Positions 33,934 to 44,790 of a stretch of DNA of 64,000 nucleotides are shown piece after piece. The notes under the pieces were generated by a model, which worked only from the letters and a program-made list of their open reading frames with translations, ran no database searches and was not told the DNA's origin. Location of the stretch: the NCBI GenBank assembly GCA_963810095.1, contig CAWEMM010000007.1:352001-416000 (forward strand), in the 5' to 3' direction. The position numbers and the translations under genes were made by a program. How positions within the stretch are numbered: position 1 is the first letter of the stretch; the number at the start of each line of letters is the position of its first letter. This stretch comes from an uncultured Chloroflexia bacterium. Its GTDB lineage: Bacteria > Chloroflexota > Anaerolineae > CG2-30-64-16.

Positions 33934-34608
33934 ATGAAGTTTCTTCTTACTTCCTCCGGCATCAAAAACGCCAGTATCCACAGCGCGCTCCTTGGCCTGT
34001 TGGGCAAACCGATCGCGGAATGCAGCGCACTGTGCATTCCAACTGCCATCTACCCCTTCCCCGGTGGCCCAACAATGGCTTACCGGTTCCTCAGCGGATC
34101 GACCTCCAACCCCATGTGCGAATTGGGTTGGAAGTCGCTGGGCGTGCTGGAACTGACTGCTCTACCGAGCATCAAGGCGGAATACTGGAAGGCCGCGGTC
34201 CGGGAGGCCGACGCCCTGCTTGTGTACGGCGGCGATGTCTGGTATCTGTGCCGCTGGATGCGGGAGTCGGGACTGGCCGAACTCTTGCCGGAATTGCCCG
34301 CGACGGTCTACGTTGGCGTGAGCGCCGGTAGCATGGTGACGGCGCCAATCTTCGGGGAGACGTACGACGATCCGGCTGCGCCCTTCGTCATCGATCAGGG
34401 GCTGGGACTGGTTGACTTTGCTTTGCTTCCGCACGTGGATCACGAGGGGCATCCGGAAAGCTCGATGGCCAAGGTAGAAAGGATGGCCGCCGAGGTGCCG
34501 GTGCCGACCTATGCCATCGACGATCAGACTGCCATCAAGGTGGTCGACGGCACGGTCGAAGTCATCTCCGAGGGGCGCTGGAGGCTGTTCAACCGGGAAT
34601 CGGCCTGA
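33934..34608 (+). CDS. Peptidase S51 (dipeptidase E-like, GATase1 fold)
   Basis: MKFLLTSSGI, CIPTA, YGGD, YVGVSAGSM nucleophile elbow, PH, YAIDDQTA. Confidence 0.88.
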   Translation: MKFLLTSSGIKNASIHSALLGLLGKPIAECSALCIPTAIYPFPGGPTMAYRFLSGSTSNPMCELGWKSLGVLELTALPSIKAEYWKAAVREADALLVYGGDVWYLCRWMRESGLAELLPELPATVYVGVSAGSMVTAPIFGETYDDPAAPFVIDQGLGLVDFALLPHVDHEGHPESSMAKVERMAAEVPVPTYAIDDQTAIKVVDGTVEVISEGRWRLFNRESA

Positions 34609-34747
34609 TTCGGGCGGGGCGGCGCCACGCCAGAAGACCGGACACAATCAACGAGCAATTGCCCTCGGCTCACCGCCCGCACGTCCGCCCGGTGAGTCGC
34701 AGGGAGACGGCAGTCCTGCACCCTGCCGCCTCCGGGCGCCCGCTGCG

Positions 34748-35956
34748 TCAGCCTGCCAGCCAGTCGCGAATCCTGGCGTACACTTCCGGCCGCTTAAGCA
34801 GGCCCATATGGCTCGTGTGATAACTGATCCACCGGTTCGACTCGGGGAATGCCAGGCAGTAGTCGGGGTTCTTGTGAATTCCGAGTGCGCTGTCCAGCGG
34901 GACGATACCGTCGCCCAAGACACGGCTTTTCACGTTGCTCGCCTGTGACCCCAGCGTCGCACCGATGGCATAGCACGAGACGTCGGAAGGTAAGGGCACC
35001 GGGCAGCGCGTGTCACGACCGTCGCCGAAGCGATCCAGCCCCTGCCAGTCCTCGTCGCTGACGCTGCCATGGCGGAGGTCGGTAATGCCGGCGCTGCGCG
35101 TCGTGCCGAGGCGGCGGAAGGGCGCCGAGTAGCGCGTGGCGTTCAGGAGCGCATCCGCCCGGTTGCCGGCCCGTTCGAGCCGTGAGCCGTGGTGCGGGGT
35201 CCCGAGGAAGACCATGTGGTGCAGCCGGCGAGGCCAGGTCTGATTGCCGATCGTGCCGTAGTAAACGGCACTGCGAGCCACCAGGCCGCCCATGCTGTAC
35301 CCGACAATCGCAATCTCCTCCACCGGTTCGGGCCATTCCTCGACCAAACACTCGAGCAAATCGGTCAGACGCTTCCCGTTCGTCGAAACGTGCAGCCCCG
35401 TGTTGTAGTAAAGGTAGAGGGCGGTGTAGCCCAGTTCCCGAGCCAGTTCCGCGCCGTGATCATGGTCCCCCTGCCGCCACCCCAGATCGTTCATGCAGAG
35501 GCCGTGGACGAGCACGAGCAGTCTCTTCCCCGGCGACGGGAGAGCGGAGCGGATCGAGGAAGGGTCGAGCACCAGGGGCACGCCCTCATGCCGCAGAGAC
35601 ATCTGGATAGCCAGTGGGTTAGCGCTGGCTTCGAGATGATCTCCCCAGACACCGTTGAGGATCGCCAGCGCAGTTTCGCGCTCCGGCGTGGAGGCAGAGC
35701 GGGCTCCGGCAGTCCGCCCAGCCCTGTTCTGAGCCGCCTGCGCGCCCACGTCCGCCACTTTGTAACCCACGCGGATGCCTCGGTAGACCAGGCCGGGGAT
35801 GCCCCCCATGTGGCGGGAGCCTGTCGACGAAAAGGGGTCCAGCGGTGCGGCGATCGATGCGTGTACGCCCTCTACAACGTCCGTAATCGTATATGCCCCG
35901 TCCAAAGCGAAACGGCCAAGGCCCAGCAAGTCAATCAGTCCGGTATTGCTCTTCAA
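34748..35956 (-). CDS. Alpha/beta hydrolase (PGAP1/lipase-like); start uncertain
   Basis: VHGLCMND, GYSMGG nucleophile, LGTPHHGS, GDGIVP, SHMGLL. Confidence 0.85.
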   Translation of the reverse strand: MKSNTGLIDLLGLGRFALDGAYTITDVVEGVHASIAAPLDPFSSTGSRHMGGIPGLVYRGIRVGYKVADVGAQAAQNRAGRTAGARSASTPERETALAILNGVWGDHLEASANPLAIQMSLRHEGVPLVLDPSSIRSALPSPGKRLLVLVHGLCMNDLGWRQGDHDHGAELARELGYTALYLYYNTGLHVSTNGKRLTDLLECLVEEWPEPVEEIAIVGYSMGGLVARSAVYYGTIGNQTWPRRLHHMVFLGTPHHGSRLERAGNRADALLNATRYSAPFRRLGTTRSAGITDLRHGSVSDEDWQGLDRFGDGRDTRCPVPLPSDVSCYAIGATLGSQASNVKSRVLGDGIVPLDSALGIHKNPDYCLAFPESNRWISYHTSHMGLLKRPEVYARIRDWLAG

Positions 35957-36201
35957 AACAAAATCCTTAGTTAGCAGCAAAATTGAGAGCCCGCAGCCCG
36001 ACCATCCGGTTGGGTCGACATTACGATCACAGCCGCACTGCGCACAGAATGGCACCGTAGCCGAATACGGAGAGTTGATATGCAAGGAGCGCTACCATGC
36101 CCGTGTGCCTTAAGGCAAACAAAAGGATGTCTCCGTGAGACCGCCGTGCCCGAACACGGGGCCTGAACCTCCATTTGCCCACGATCTGTTTCAGGGTCTC
36201 G

Positions 36202-36247
36202 CCCTAACGAAGAAGACGACCGTCGCCGGCCGTCTTCTTCGTTAGGG
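36202..36247. repeat. 17-bp perfect inverted repeat downstream of GH3 (possible terminator or element remnant)
   Basis: CCCTAACGAAGAAGACG-N12-CGTCTTCTTCGTTAGGG. Confidence 0.6.
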
Positions 36248-36321
36248 GGCTGCAAAGGCTATGGGAGGAATCATCGTGTCTGTTGGAAGCTGCCCTCAAT
36301 AAGGCGCTCGATCTTCCGGCC

Positions 36322-38991
36322 CTAGACTGCCTCTTGCACGAACAACCGTCCGGAAAGCCGCTGGTCCTGTGACGAGGCCCCCAGCAGCAACTCCACCTCG
36401 CCCGGCTCGGTCACCCACCCGGCGCCGCCCCAATACGCCAAGTCGGACGCGGGCAGCTCGAAGCTGACCTCTTTCGCCTCACCCGGGGCAAGACTCACCC
36501 GGGCGAAGCCCTTCAGCTCGCGCACGGGCCGCTCAACCGCTGAGTGCGGGTAGCGCACGTACAACTGCACGACTTCGTCGCCCGCGAGCGAGCCAGCATT
36601 GCGAATTGTCGCACAGATGCTCGCCCGTCCCCCACGTCGATGTGGTCCGGCGTCACCCGGAGACCGCTGTACTCGAAGTGCGTGTAGCTCAAGCCGTGAC
36701 CGAAAGGATAGAGCGGCTCGCCTGTCATGAAGCGGTAGGTCCGGGCGCCCAAGGGCGAAGCCATCGCGTAATCTTCAAACGGTGGAAGCTGATCGACGGA
36801 CTTGTAGACGGTGACCGGCAGCCGGCCAGCGGGATTGGCATCGCCGAAGAGGACGTCCGCCAGCCCGCTCCCACCTTCCTCGCCGCCGTACCACGCGTGA
36901 AGGATGGCCGGCACGTTCTCGTCCGCCCAGTTGACCGTGATTGCGCTGCCCCCCAGCAACACCAGGACCACGGGCTTGCCCAGCCCCGCAACCCGACGCA
37001 ACAGGGCCTCTTGCGGCGCAGGCAGGCCGATATCTGTCCGGTCGCCCGCCTCGAAGCCGGGGATGCGCACGGGCATCTCTTCGCCTTCCACCTCGGGTGA
37101 AAGGCCCAGAACCAGCACGACGACTTCGGCCCGCTCCGCGGCCTCCAGCGCGGCCGCCGGATCGTCTTCGCCGGGCCGCGCCCACAGCAACTGCACTTCG
37201 GGCGAGCGGCCCTCGTTCACGTACTCCAGCCGCAAGTCATAGAGTCGACCAGCTTCCAGTTCCACTGCGACCGACCGGGTGATCGGCTGATGCTCGTCCA
37301 GGTTGGCCGGCAGCAGCTCGCGGCCGTCCAGCAGGAGCCGGCACCCGCTCGATGCGCGCGCGCCGAGGCTGTACTGCCCCGAAACCGGCGCGGTAAGTGC
37401 GCCCTCCCAGCACGCCGAGAAATGCTCGAAGACAGGTCCGCCCAACGGCGACACGTCGCGCCAGGAAAAGTCCACCGTGTGGTCGATTCGGCTGAAGGCA
37501 ACCTTGCCTGACGTTCCGCCTGCGCCCGCAGCGTATGTGCCGAGCAGACCGGATGCCGGCGCTCCACACGTGTCCGTCGGCGGGCGCAGGTAGGCGGGGG
37601 GAATCGGCGCCAGGCGCGGTGCGCCCTCCGCGATCGCACAGCCCTGCGCTGTGTAGACTACCGTGGCAGGTGAGACCTTGCGGCGGATGCCTTCCAGCGG
37701 CGTCACAGCACGCGAGGCCATGCCGCAGTAGTTCCCAAGCAGCACGTCCAGTCTATCCGCGACAGGACCGATGACCGCAACGGACTTGAGGGACTTGTCG
37801 AGCGGGAGCAAGCGGACGTCCGCCAACGTCGGCGTTCTTCAGGAGCACGATACTTTCGGTTGCCGCCCGGCGGCTCAGCGCCCGGTGGGCCGCGCAGTCG
37901 TTGACCTCGTACGGTATCCCCGCGTACGGGTCCTGCTCCGGCCCGTCGAACATGCCGAGGCTGAACCGTGCTGTGAACACGCGGCGGACCGACCGGTCGA
38001 TGTCCGCCTCGGTGAGCAGACCGGACTCCACGGCTTCGAGCAGCGCGCCGAACGCGCACCCGCACTCCAGGTCACACCCCGCGCGCACCGCCAGCGCCGA
38101 CGCCTCGGCCGGCGTCTGCACCAGCTTGTGCCCGCCGTAGATGTCGTCGAGTGCGAAACAGTCCGACACGATGACGCCCTCGAAGCCCCATTCGCCCCGC
38201 ACAATCTTGGTCAACAGGGTGGGGCTGGCGCACGCGGCCTCCCCGTTCACCCGGTTGTATGCGCCCATGACGGACGCTGCGCGTCCCTCCTTCACGCACG
38301 CCTCGAACGCCCGGAGGTACGTCTCGCGCAGGTCGCGCTCGCTCACGACCGCATTGAACTCGTGGCGGCTGATCTCCGGGCCACTGTGGGCGGCGAGGTG
38401 CTTGGGTGTCGCTACCAACTTCAAGCGCCCCGCCGGCCGCGCGGGGTCATCCTCGCCCTGCAGGCCGCGCACGAACGCCACGCCGATGCGCGAGGTGAGG
38501 TAAGGATCTTCGCCGTACGTCTCCTGCCCCCGGCCCCAGCGGGGGTCGCGAAAGATGTTGACATTCGGCGACCAGGCGGTCAGGCCGGTGTATATCTCCC
38601 GGTAGCCCTGCCGGGCGAACTCGTGGTGCTTCGCGCGCGCTTCGTCGGAGATGGCCGTGGCGACCTCGGAGATCAACGCCGTATCCCAGGTGGCGGCCAG
38701 GCCGATCGCCTGCGGAAATACCGTCGCAACCCCGGCCCGCGCCACACCGTGCAGGCATTCGTTCCACCAGTTGTACTTTGGGATGCTCCGCCATTCGCCA
38801 ATGGCGCGCCATTCGTCAATGGCGGCCCATTCGTCAATGGCGGCCCAATCGTCATTGGCGGCCCGCTCGATGGGGGGCGAGTCATAGGCCATCTGGCTGA
38901 CCTTCTCCTCGAGCGTCATCCGGTTGACGAGGTCGTCGACGCGCGCCGCGATGGGCAGCGAGGGGTCGCGGTAGGCTGGGGTCGTCGTCAT
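36322..38991 (-). CDS. GH3 beta-glucosidase/xylosidase with PA14 and Fn3-like domains, frameshifted
   Basis: NWWNECLHG, FRDPRWGRGQETYGED, TPKH, VSDC (catalytic Asp), ESIVLLKN, EGEE, PFGHGLSYT, ELKGFARV. Confidence 0.93.
38791..38862. repeat. Four in-frame 18-bp tandem repeats within GH3
   Basis: CCATTCGTCAATGGCGGC x4 (degenerate), encoding AANDDW-AAIDEW-AAIDEW-RAIGEW. Confidence 0.85.
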
Positions 38992-39026
38992 GGTCGCCTC
39001 TTAGTGCGTGATTGCGCGCCCTTCGC

Positions 39027-39890
39027 TCAGCCTTTGAGCGCGCCGGCCGTCAGGCCCGATACGATCTGCCGCTCGGCAATGAGATAGAAGATAATCGCGG
39101 GTATTGCGGACAGGGCGACGAAAGCGGATACCGCCGCCAGGTCCGAGCTGTATTGGCCCTGAAACTGCATCGTTCCGAGTGGCAGCGTCCACTTGCTCTC
39201 GCTGTCCAGGATCACCAGGGGCGTGAGCAGGTCGTTCCAGCTGACAATCAACGTCAGCACGCCGACCGCGGCCAGCGCGGGCCGAACCAAAGGGATCAGG
39301 ACGCGCCAGAAAAAGCCAAAGGCGCTGCAGCCGTCGATGCTCGCGGCGTCCTGCAGATCGCTGGGAACGGCTGCGAAGAAGCCGCGGAGGATCAGGAGGC
39401 TGCTCGAGATCCCGAAGGCCGTTTCTACGAGGATGACGGCGAGGAGCGAATCGGTCAATGCCATCTGGCGAATCACCAGGTAGACCGGCATGATCGCAAC
39501 GGTGATCGGGAACATCAGCCCCAGGGTCAGGAACGTGAAGATTGCGTTCTTGCCCCTGAATCTCATGCGGGCAAAGACGTACGCAGCCATGCTGCACACG
39601 ATCAGCACGCCAAGCGTCGACGCGACCGCCACGATCAGGCTGTTCTTCATGAAGACCCAGTACGAGGGCGTGCCCAGGATCGACCGGTAGTTCTCCCAGC
39701 GCGGCGGATTCGGGATCGAGTAGGGACTCAGGAACATCTCGCCGGTCGTCTTCAGGCTGGCGAACAGCAGGACCACGAGGGGCACGATGATGACCACGGT
39801 GATCAGTGCAAGGACCAGGTATTGAAAGAACCTGGTCCGGAACTTGCGTCCGGCCCTTCTTCGTGGGGCACACGCTGAGGCTTGAGCCAT
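39027..39890 (-). CDS. Sugar ABC transporter permease
   Basis: AYVFARMRF, VPSDLQDAASIDG, VSGLTAGALKG. Confidence 0.95.
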   Translation of the reverse strand: MAQASACAPRRRAGRKFRTRFFQYLVLALITVVIIVPLVVLLFASLKTTGEMFLSPYSIPNPPRWENYRSILGTPSYWVFMKNSLIVAVASTLGVLIVCSMAAYVFARMRFRGKNAIFTFLTLGLMFPITVAIMPVYLVIRQMALTDSLLAVILVETAFGISSSLLILRGFFAAVPSDLQDAASIDGCSAFGFFWRVLIPLVRPALAAVGVLTLIVSWNDLLTPLVILDSESKWTLPLGTMQFQGQYSSDLAAVSAFVALSAIPAIIFYLIAERQIVSGLTAGALKG

Positions 39891-39927
39891 GGTCGTTCCT
39901 TTCGAGCGCGCTACGGCTCGGCCGTAG

Positions 39928-40860
39928 TTAGTATTCTTCCTGCCACGCGAGGCGCATGTAGGCCACGGCGAAGCCCAGGCAGATCACCAACATGACCAAC
40001 ACGACGGCCGAGCCGTAGCCCAGCTGGTAACGCTTGAAGCCAAAGCGATACATGTAGGTCGCCATGAACTCGCTCGCGTTGACCGGCCCGCCGCCCGTCA
40101 TCACCCATACCAGGTTGAACTGCGTCAGCGAACCGAGGACGGACAGCAGGACCACCGTCTGAATGGTGCTGCTCAGCATCGGAATCGTGATGTAGCGCGT
40201 CAGCTGCCACGGGCTGGCGCCATCGATGAACGCCGCCTCGTCGACCTCCCGCGGGATATTCTGAAGCCCGGCCAGGAATAAGAGCATGTGCAGGCCAAAA
40301 TACTTCCAGCTCAGCACGACGAAGATGCAAAACACGACCTGGTGAATATCGCTCAGGAAGTTCTGGGGCTTGACTCCCGGGATGAGCACCAGGAGCGCGT
40401 TGATCAGCCCGCGCTCCGGATCGGCGTTGAAGAGGCTCATCCAGATAATGCCGGTGATCACTTCGGAAAGGACATAAGGCACGAAAAAGATCGTGCGAAA
40501 GATCGCCCGGCCCGGCAGATCGCGTCCCACCATGATCGAAAGCGCCAGGGCGAACGGCAGCTGTATCGCCAACGAGAGCACGACGATCAGGAAGCAGTTC
40601 AGGACTGCCTTCCTGAAGACGGCATCGTTGACGATTTCCTTGAAGTTTGCCAGGCCGACGAAGTCTGTTGCAGGGCCGAGGCCGTTCCAATCAAACGTGC
40701 TGAAGTAAACAGATCGCAGAATGGGGTAGACCAGGAAGGTGATGAAAAGGATCAGGGCCGGCGCCAGGAAGATGACGATCGTCGCCCGGTCTTGCGCTTT
40801 CCGGCTCGATCCACCGGCACGGCGCAGTTGGGTTACGTTACTAACGGTCGGCATCCCCAT
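39928..40860 (-). CDS. Sugar ABC transporter permease
   Basis: FDWNGLG..VGLANF, LAGLQNIP..EAAFIDGA, MTGGGP. Confidence 0.95.
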   Translation of the reverse strand: MGMPTVSNVTQLRRAGGSSRKAQDRATIVIFLAPALILFITFLVYPILRSVYFSTFDWNGLGPATDFVGLANFKEIVNDAVFRKAVLNCFLIVVLSLAIQLPFALALSIMVGRDLPGRAIFRTIFFVPYVLSEVITGIIWMSLFNADPERGLINALLVLIPGVKPQNFLSDIHQVVFCIFVVLSWKYFGLHMLLFLAGLQNIPREVDEAAFIDGASPWQLTRYITIPMLSSTIQTVVLLSVLGSLTQFNLVWVMTGGGPVNASEFMATYMYRFGFKRYQLGYGSAVVLVMLVICLGFAVAYMRLAWQEEY

Positions 40861-40977
40861 GTGAAATCATCCTTGTCCCGGATCCAGGTTGGTGTGCCTG
40901 GCGCCAGCCAATCCGCGCACTGGGGCGGCCGGCAATCGCCCGCGTACGAGTCGACTGCCGGCCGCGCTTACTGCCCA

Positions 40978-42339
40978 CTACTGCTTGATGTACTTGGCTG
41001 CCGCGTCTTCGATCGCCTTGGCAGCCTCAGCCGGCTTCGCGGTGCCCGCGAAGACCGTCTGCACCGAGGCGTTGATCGCATCGCCCACCGCCGATGGGAG
41101 GAACTGATCGTAGTATAGCTGGAAGTACTTCGCAGCCGCGAAAGCCTGCTGGACCGCGAGCATGTTGGGGTCCTTCAGGCCGGTCTCGCTGCCCTTCACC
41201 ACGGGGATGCCCATGCCCAACGAGGCCATCTGGGTCTGCGCGGCTTGGGACGAGATGAACTTGGCGAAGTCCACGGCTTCCGGCGAGGCGTTCTTGCCGA
41301 TGGCAAAACCGTTGCCGCCGCCGATAACATCCGTGGCATTGCCAGCACCCCCCTCAACCGCGGGGAAGCCGAACATGCCGAGGTTGGCAACGCCCTTCTT
41401 GTCCGCAGCATTCGCAGATTCGACCGAGGGGGCCCACTGGCCGGACAACTCCATGGCGGCCTTCCCGTTGCCGAAGGTGGCCTGCATCTCGTCGTGCGTG
41501 TTGCCGAGGAAGCCGGTCTGGAACGGCTCGAGGGCGATCAGCTCTTGTAGCTTCTCGAAAGCCTGCACGAACGCGGGGTCGGCAAAGGATCCCTTGCGGT
41601 TCAATGCAGCTTCAAAGGCGGCTTGCCCACCAATACGGGTCGCAAGATACGACCAGATGTGCATGCCGGTCCAGCTGTCCTTTTCGCCAAGGGCGATCGG
41701 GGTGATGCCGGCAGCCTTGAGCTTCTTTACCGCATCGAGGAACTCGGTCCAGTTCGTTGGGGGGGTCTGAATGCCGGCCTTGGCGAAGAGGTCCTTGTTG
41801 TACCACCAGCCGACCATGCCCATGTCCCACGGGACGCCATACTGCTTGCCGTCGTACGAGTAGACGGCCAGCGCACCCGGCGCGAAGGAGTTGCCCCACT
41901 CACCGCTCACGTCTGCGGTGATGTCCTTTAGCAAGCCTGCCTTGGCCTGTTCGACCATGGTGCCGCCGCCCCAGCTTTGGAAGATATCTGGCGGGTTGCC
42001 CGACTGCATGACGGTGCTCAGCTTGGTCTTGAAGGCCTCATTCTCGAGCACCGTGATTTTGACGTTCACGTTCGGGTGCGCGGCCATGTAGTCGTCGGCC
42101 AGCTTCTGCCAATAGCTAAGGCCGGGATCTTTTGTCGAGATGTGCCACCAGTTGACGTCTACCTTGTTCGCAGGGGCTGCCGGCGCGGTGGTAGCTGCCG
42201 GGGCTTCGGTTGCGGCTGCAGGGGCTGCCGGCGCGGTCGTCGGCTGCGCGGCGGGGGCCGGGGCAGCCGGCACGCACGCGCCCAGCAAGAGACTGGCTAG
42301 TACGATCAGGCTGATCAGGATCGAAACCTTGGTACGCAT
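40978..42339 (-). CDS. Sugar ABC transporter substrate-binding lipoprotein
   Basis: Lipobox LLGAC, PPDIFQSWGGG, YNKDLFAKAGI. Confidence 0.93.
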   Translation of the reverse strand: MRTKVSILISLIVLASLLLGACVPAAPAPAAQPTTAPAAPAAATEAPAATTAPAAPANKVDVNWWHISTKDPGLSYWQKLADDYMAAHPNVNVKITVLENEAFKTKLSTVMQSGNPPDIFQSWGGGTMVEQAKAGLLKDITADVSGEWGNSFAPGALAVYSYDGKQYGVPWDMGMVGWWYNKDLFAKAGIQTPPTNWTEFLDAVKKLKAAGITPIALGEKDSWTGMHIWSYLATRIGGQAAFEAALNRKGSFADPAFVQAFEKLQELIALEPFQTGFLGNTHDEMQATFGNGKAAMELSGQWAPSVESANAADKKGVANLGMFGFPAVEGGAGNATDVIGGGNGFAIGKNASPEAVDFAKFISSQAAQTQMASLGMGIPVVKGSETGLKDPNMLAVQQAFAAAKYFQLYYDQFLPSAVGDAINASVQTVFAGTAKPAEAAKAIEDAAAKYIKQ

Positions 42340-42448
42340 GTGTGCTCCTCCTGGTTGGATTATACTGGCACCCTTATCCACATCGATCACCCGAGCGCGC
42401 GACCTGGTGCTCTCGGGAGCAACGGCGCCACTGACTAATGGCGTGTGC

Positions 42449-43534
42449 TTATCGGCGATAGGCGGCCTCCTTAGCAGGTGTCGTGGGTAGGGACTCAGGT
42501 CGTCCGCGCGGCGGCTGGCACGACCCGCGAATGATCAGCTCAGTGGGCAGGTCGATGCGACGCGCCGGCTTGCCCGGCTCGCTCAACTGGTCGAGCAGCA
42601 TCTGGGTGGCGACGCGCCCCATCTGCACGAGGGGCTGCGAAACGGTCGTGAGCGGGGGGTGAACCTGGGCGGCCTGGGGGATGCCGTCAAAGCCGACGAC
42701 CGACATATCTTCGGGCACGCGCAGCCCCTTCTCGCGCAGCGCCTCGATTGCGGCCAGGGCCATGTGGTCGTTGGAGGCAAACATGGCGGTGGGTGGATCA
42801 GGCAGCGCCAGCAGGGACAGCGCAGCCGCGTAAGCCTCCGGGATGTGGAACTCGCCGTTCTGGACGAAGCTGGGGTTTGCGGGCAGGTGGTGGGTGCGAA
42901 GCGCCGCCTGGTAGCCTTCGAGGCGCTGCCGCGCGGCGGCCATCTCCATGTTGCCCGTAATAAAGCCGATGCGCCGGTGGCCCAGGCCGATCAGGTACTC
43001 GGTCGCGTTGTACGCGCCCTGCCAGTTCGTCGCGCCGACGGCCGGCACGTTTTCCTCGACGCCCTGGTAGTCGACCAGGACGAACGGAAACTCGATCTGG
43101 CGCAGGCGGCTGACCATGCTCTCAAGATCGCTCGGCAGGACGAGCAGCAGCCCGTCGGCCAGGCCGCGCGCGATGCTGGCGACGTAGGAGCTTTCTTTGG
43201 CGGCTTCGCGGTGGGTGGTGTAGAGCATCAAGTCGTACTGGGCCAGCTCCACCTCCGCGTCGATCCCGCGGACGATCTCGCCGATGTAGCCGGTGCCGAG
43301 ATCGGGCACGAGGACGGCGAGGACATGCGAGCGCCCGCCCGCCAAGCTTCGGGCGCGGCGATCCACGGTGTAGCCCAATCGCTCCATGGCCTCCTGGACG
43401 CGCTGGCGGGTTTCAGGTTTCACGTAAGGGGCGTTGTTGATCACGCGCGAGACGGTGCCGTAAGAGATGCCCGCTGCGGTGGCCACCTCGTGGATCGTCA
43501 CATTCTTGCCCGAGCGACTTGGATTCCTGGGCAT
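42449..43534 (-). CDS. LacI-family transcriptional regulator
   Basis: [22 protein letters not shown]; SVVGFD..PPLTTV. Confidence 0.95.
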   Translation of the reverse strand: MPRNPSRSGKNVTIHEVATAAGISYGTVSRVINNAPYVKPETRQRVQEAMERLGYTVDRRARSLAGGRSHVLAVLVPDLGTGYIGEIVRGIDAEVELAQYDLMLYTTHREAAKESSYVASIARGLADGLLLVLPSDLESMVSRLRQIEFPFVLVDYQGVEENVPAVGATNWQGAYNATEYLIGLGHRRIGFITGNMEMAAARQRLEGYQAALRTHHLPANPSFVQNGEFHIPEAYAAALSLLALPDPPTAMFASNDHMALAAIEALREKGLRVPEDMSVVGFDGIPQAAQVHPPLTTVSQPLVQMGRVATQMLLDQLSEPGKPARRIDLPTELIIRGSCQPPRGRPESLPTTPAKEAAYRR

Positions 43535-43573
43535 AATCTCCTCGAATGATCGAGCAGGGCGCCGTCGAGATCA

Positions 43574-43759
43574 TGTAATCGATTACAGAATTCCCAGGCT
43601 AGAGCGCAGAGATGTTCCGCCAGAGCGGAGAAATTGCGCTTCGCGTGGCAATCATCGCCCTCGATAACCGGGCAACAGCAGTAAATGCCCCAATTAGCCT
43701 AAATGCGAGTCTGTAAGCGTTTACAGGAACAAGGTAGCACAAGGCAAACGCGTTGTCAA
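43574..43759 (-). promoter_or_regulatory. Promoter and two LacI-type operators of the GH3/ABC operon
   Basis: Minus strand TTGACA(43759)-N17-TACCTT; palindromes CTGTAAGCGTTTACAG 43711-43726 and TGTAATCGATTACA 43574-43587. Confidence 0.75.
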
Positions 43760-44022
43760 TCCCCTTTTTTGATGTCTGTTACCTTTCCTACTAGCGCGTC
43801 CGTTGACCGGCACCATGCGTCTATGCCGAGAGCGTCGAACCATTCCGGCCTCAGTCCTCATGTTGGACGGGAGCCACCCATGAGACAGAGTCCAGTACAG
43901 CCCGCTTGCCGTGGCGCTGAACCTACTGCTACTGGTCGAGTCTCCCTTCTGGACGATACGCACGCCGGTGTATGGTAGAATAGTTCAGCACGTAACCTGC
44001 AGAGCGAGGCCAAAGTCCACAC

Positions 44023-44790
44023 ATGCCGACCAGTTCCAGTCCAACCGAACGCTTCTCACAAAAGGTCGAGAACTACCTGAAATATCGCCCGCACTACCCG
44101 GCCGAGGTCCTGGCGCTGCTGCAGCGCGAGTGCGGGTTGACCCCGGAATGGGTGGTTGCGGACATCGGCTCGGGCACCGGGTTCTCAGCCGAGCTGTTCC
44201 TGGCGAACGGAAACCGCGTCTACGGCGTGGAGCCAAACGAGCCCATGCGGGCCGCAGGCGAGAACTACCTGGCGCGATTTCCCGCGTTCATCAGCGTGCC
44301 CGCCACTGCCGAGGTCACGACGCTGCCCGATCAGAGCGTCGACCTGGTGCTCGCCGGCCAGGCGCTCCACTGGTTTGACCTGCCTGCCGCCCGGCGCGAG
44401 TTCGAGCGCATCCTGCGGGGCGAACAGTGGTTGGCGCTCATGTGGAACAGTCGCGACGAGGGCAGCGCGTTCCAGCAGGATTACGAGCAGATGCTGCTGC
44501 GCTACGGCACGGACTACGTCGAGGTGCGCCATACGAACCTGGAGGACGAGAATATCGGGACGTTCTTCGGGACCGGCGGCTGCCGCAAGGCCACGTTCCA
44601 GAACCGCCAACTGCTCGACCTGCCGGGCCTGACCGGCCGGGTCATGTCCTCGTCTTACCTGCCGCTGCCAGGTCATCCAAACTACGAGCCCATCGTCGCA
44701 GGGCTGGCCGAGCTGTTCCAGAAGCACCAGGTCGACGGAAAGCTGGCCTTCGATTATCACACCGACGTGTTCTACGGTCGCCTGACATGA
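44023..44790 (+). CDS. Class I SAM-dependent methyltransferase
   Basis: Y..YRPHYP, VADIGSGTG, GVEPN..MR, GQALHWFD. Confidence 0.92.
   Translation: MPTSSSPTERFSQKVENYLKYRPHYPAEVLALLQRECGLTPEWVVADIGSGTGFSAELFLANGNRVYGVEPNEPMRAAGENYLARFPAFISVPATAEVTTLPDQSVDLVLAGQALHWFDLPAARREFERILRGEQWLALMWNSRDEGSAFQQDYEQMLLRYGTDYVEVRHTNLEDENIGTFFGTGGCRKATFQNRQLLDLPGLTGRVMSSSYLPLPGHPNYEPIVAGLAELFQKHQVDGKLAFDYHTDVFYGRLT

Noticed and set aside
38791-38862. CRISPR array
   Set aside because: The repeats are contiguous with no spacers, lie in frame within a CDS, and no cas genes are present.
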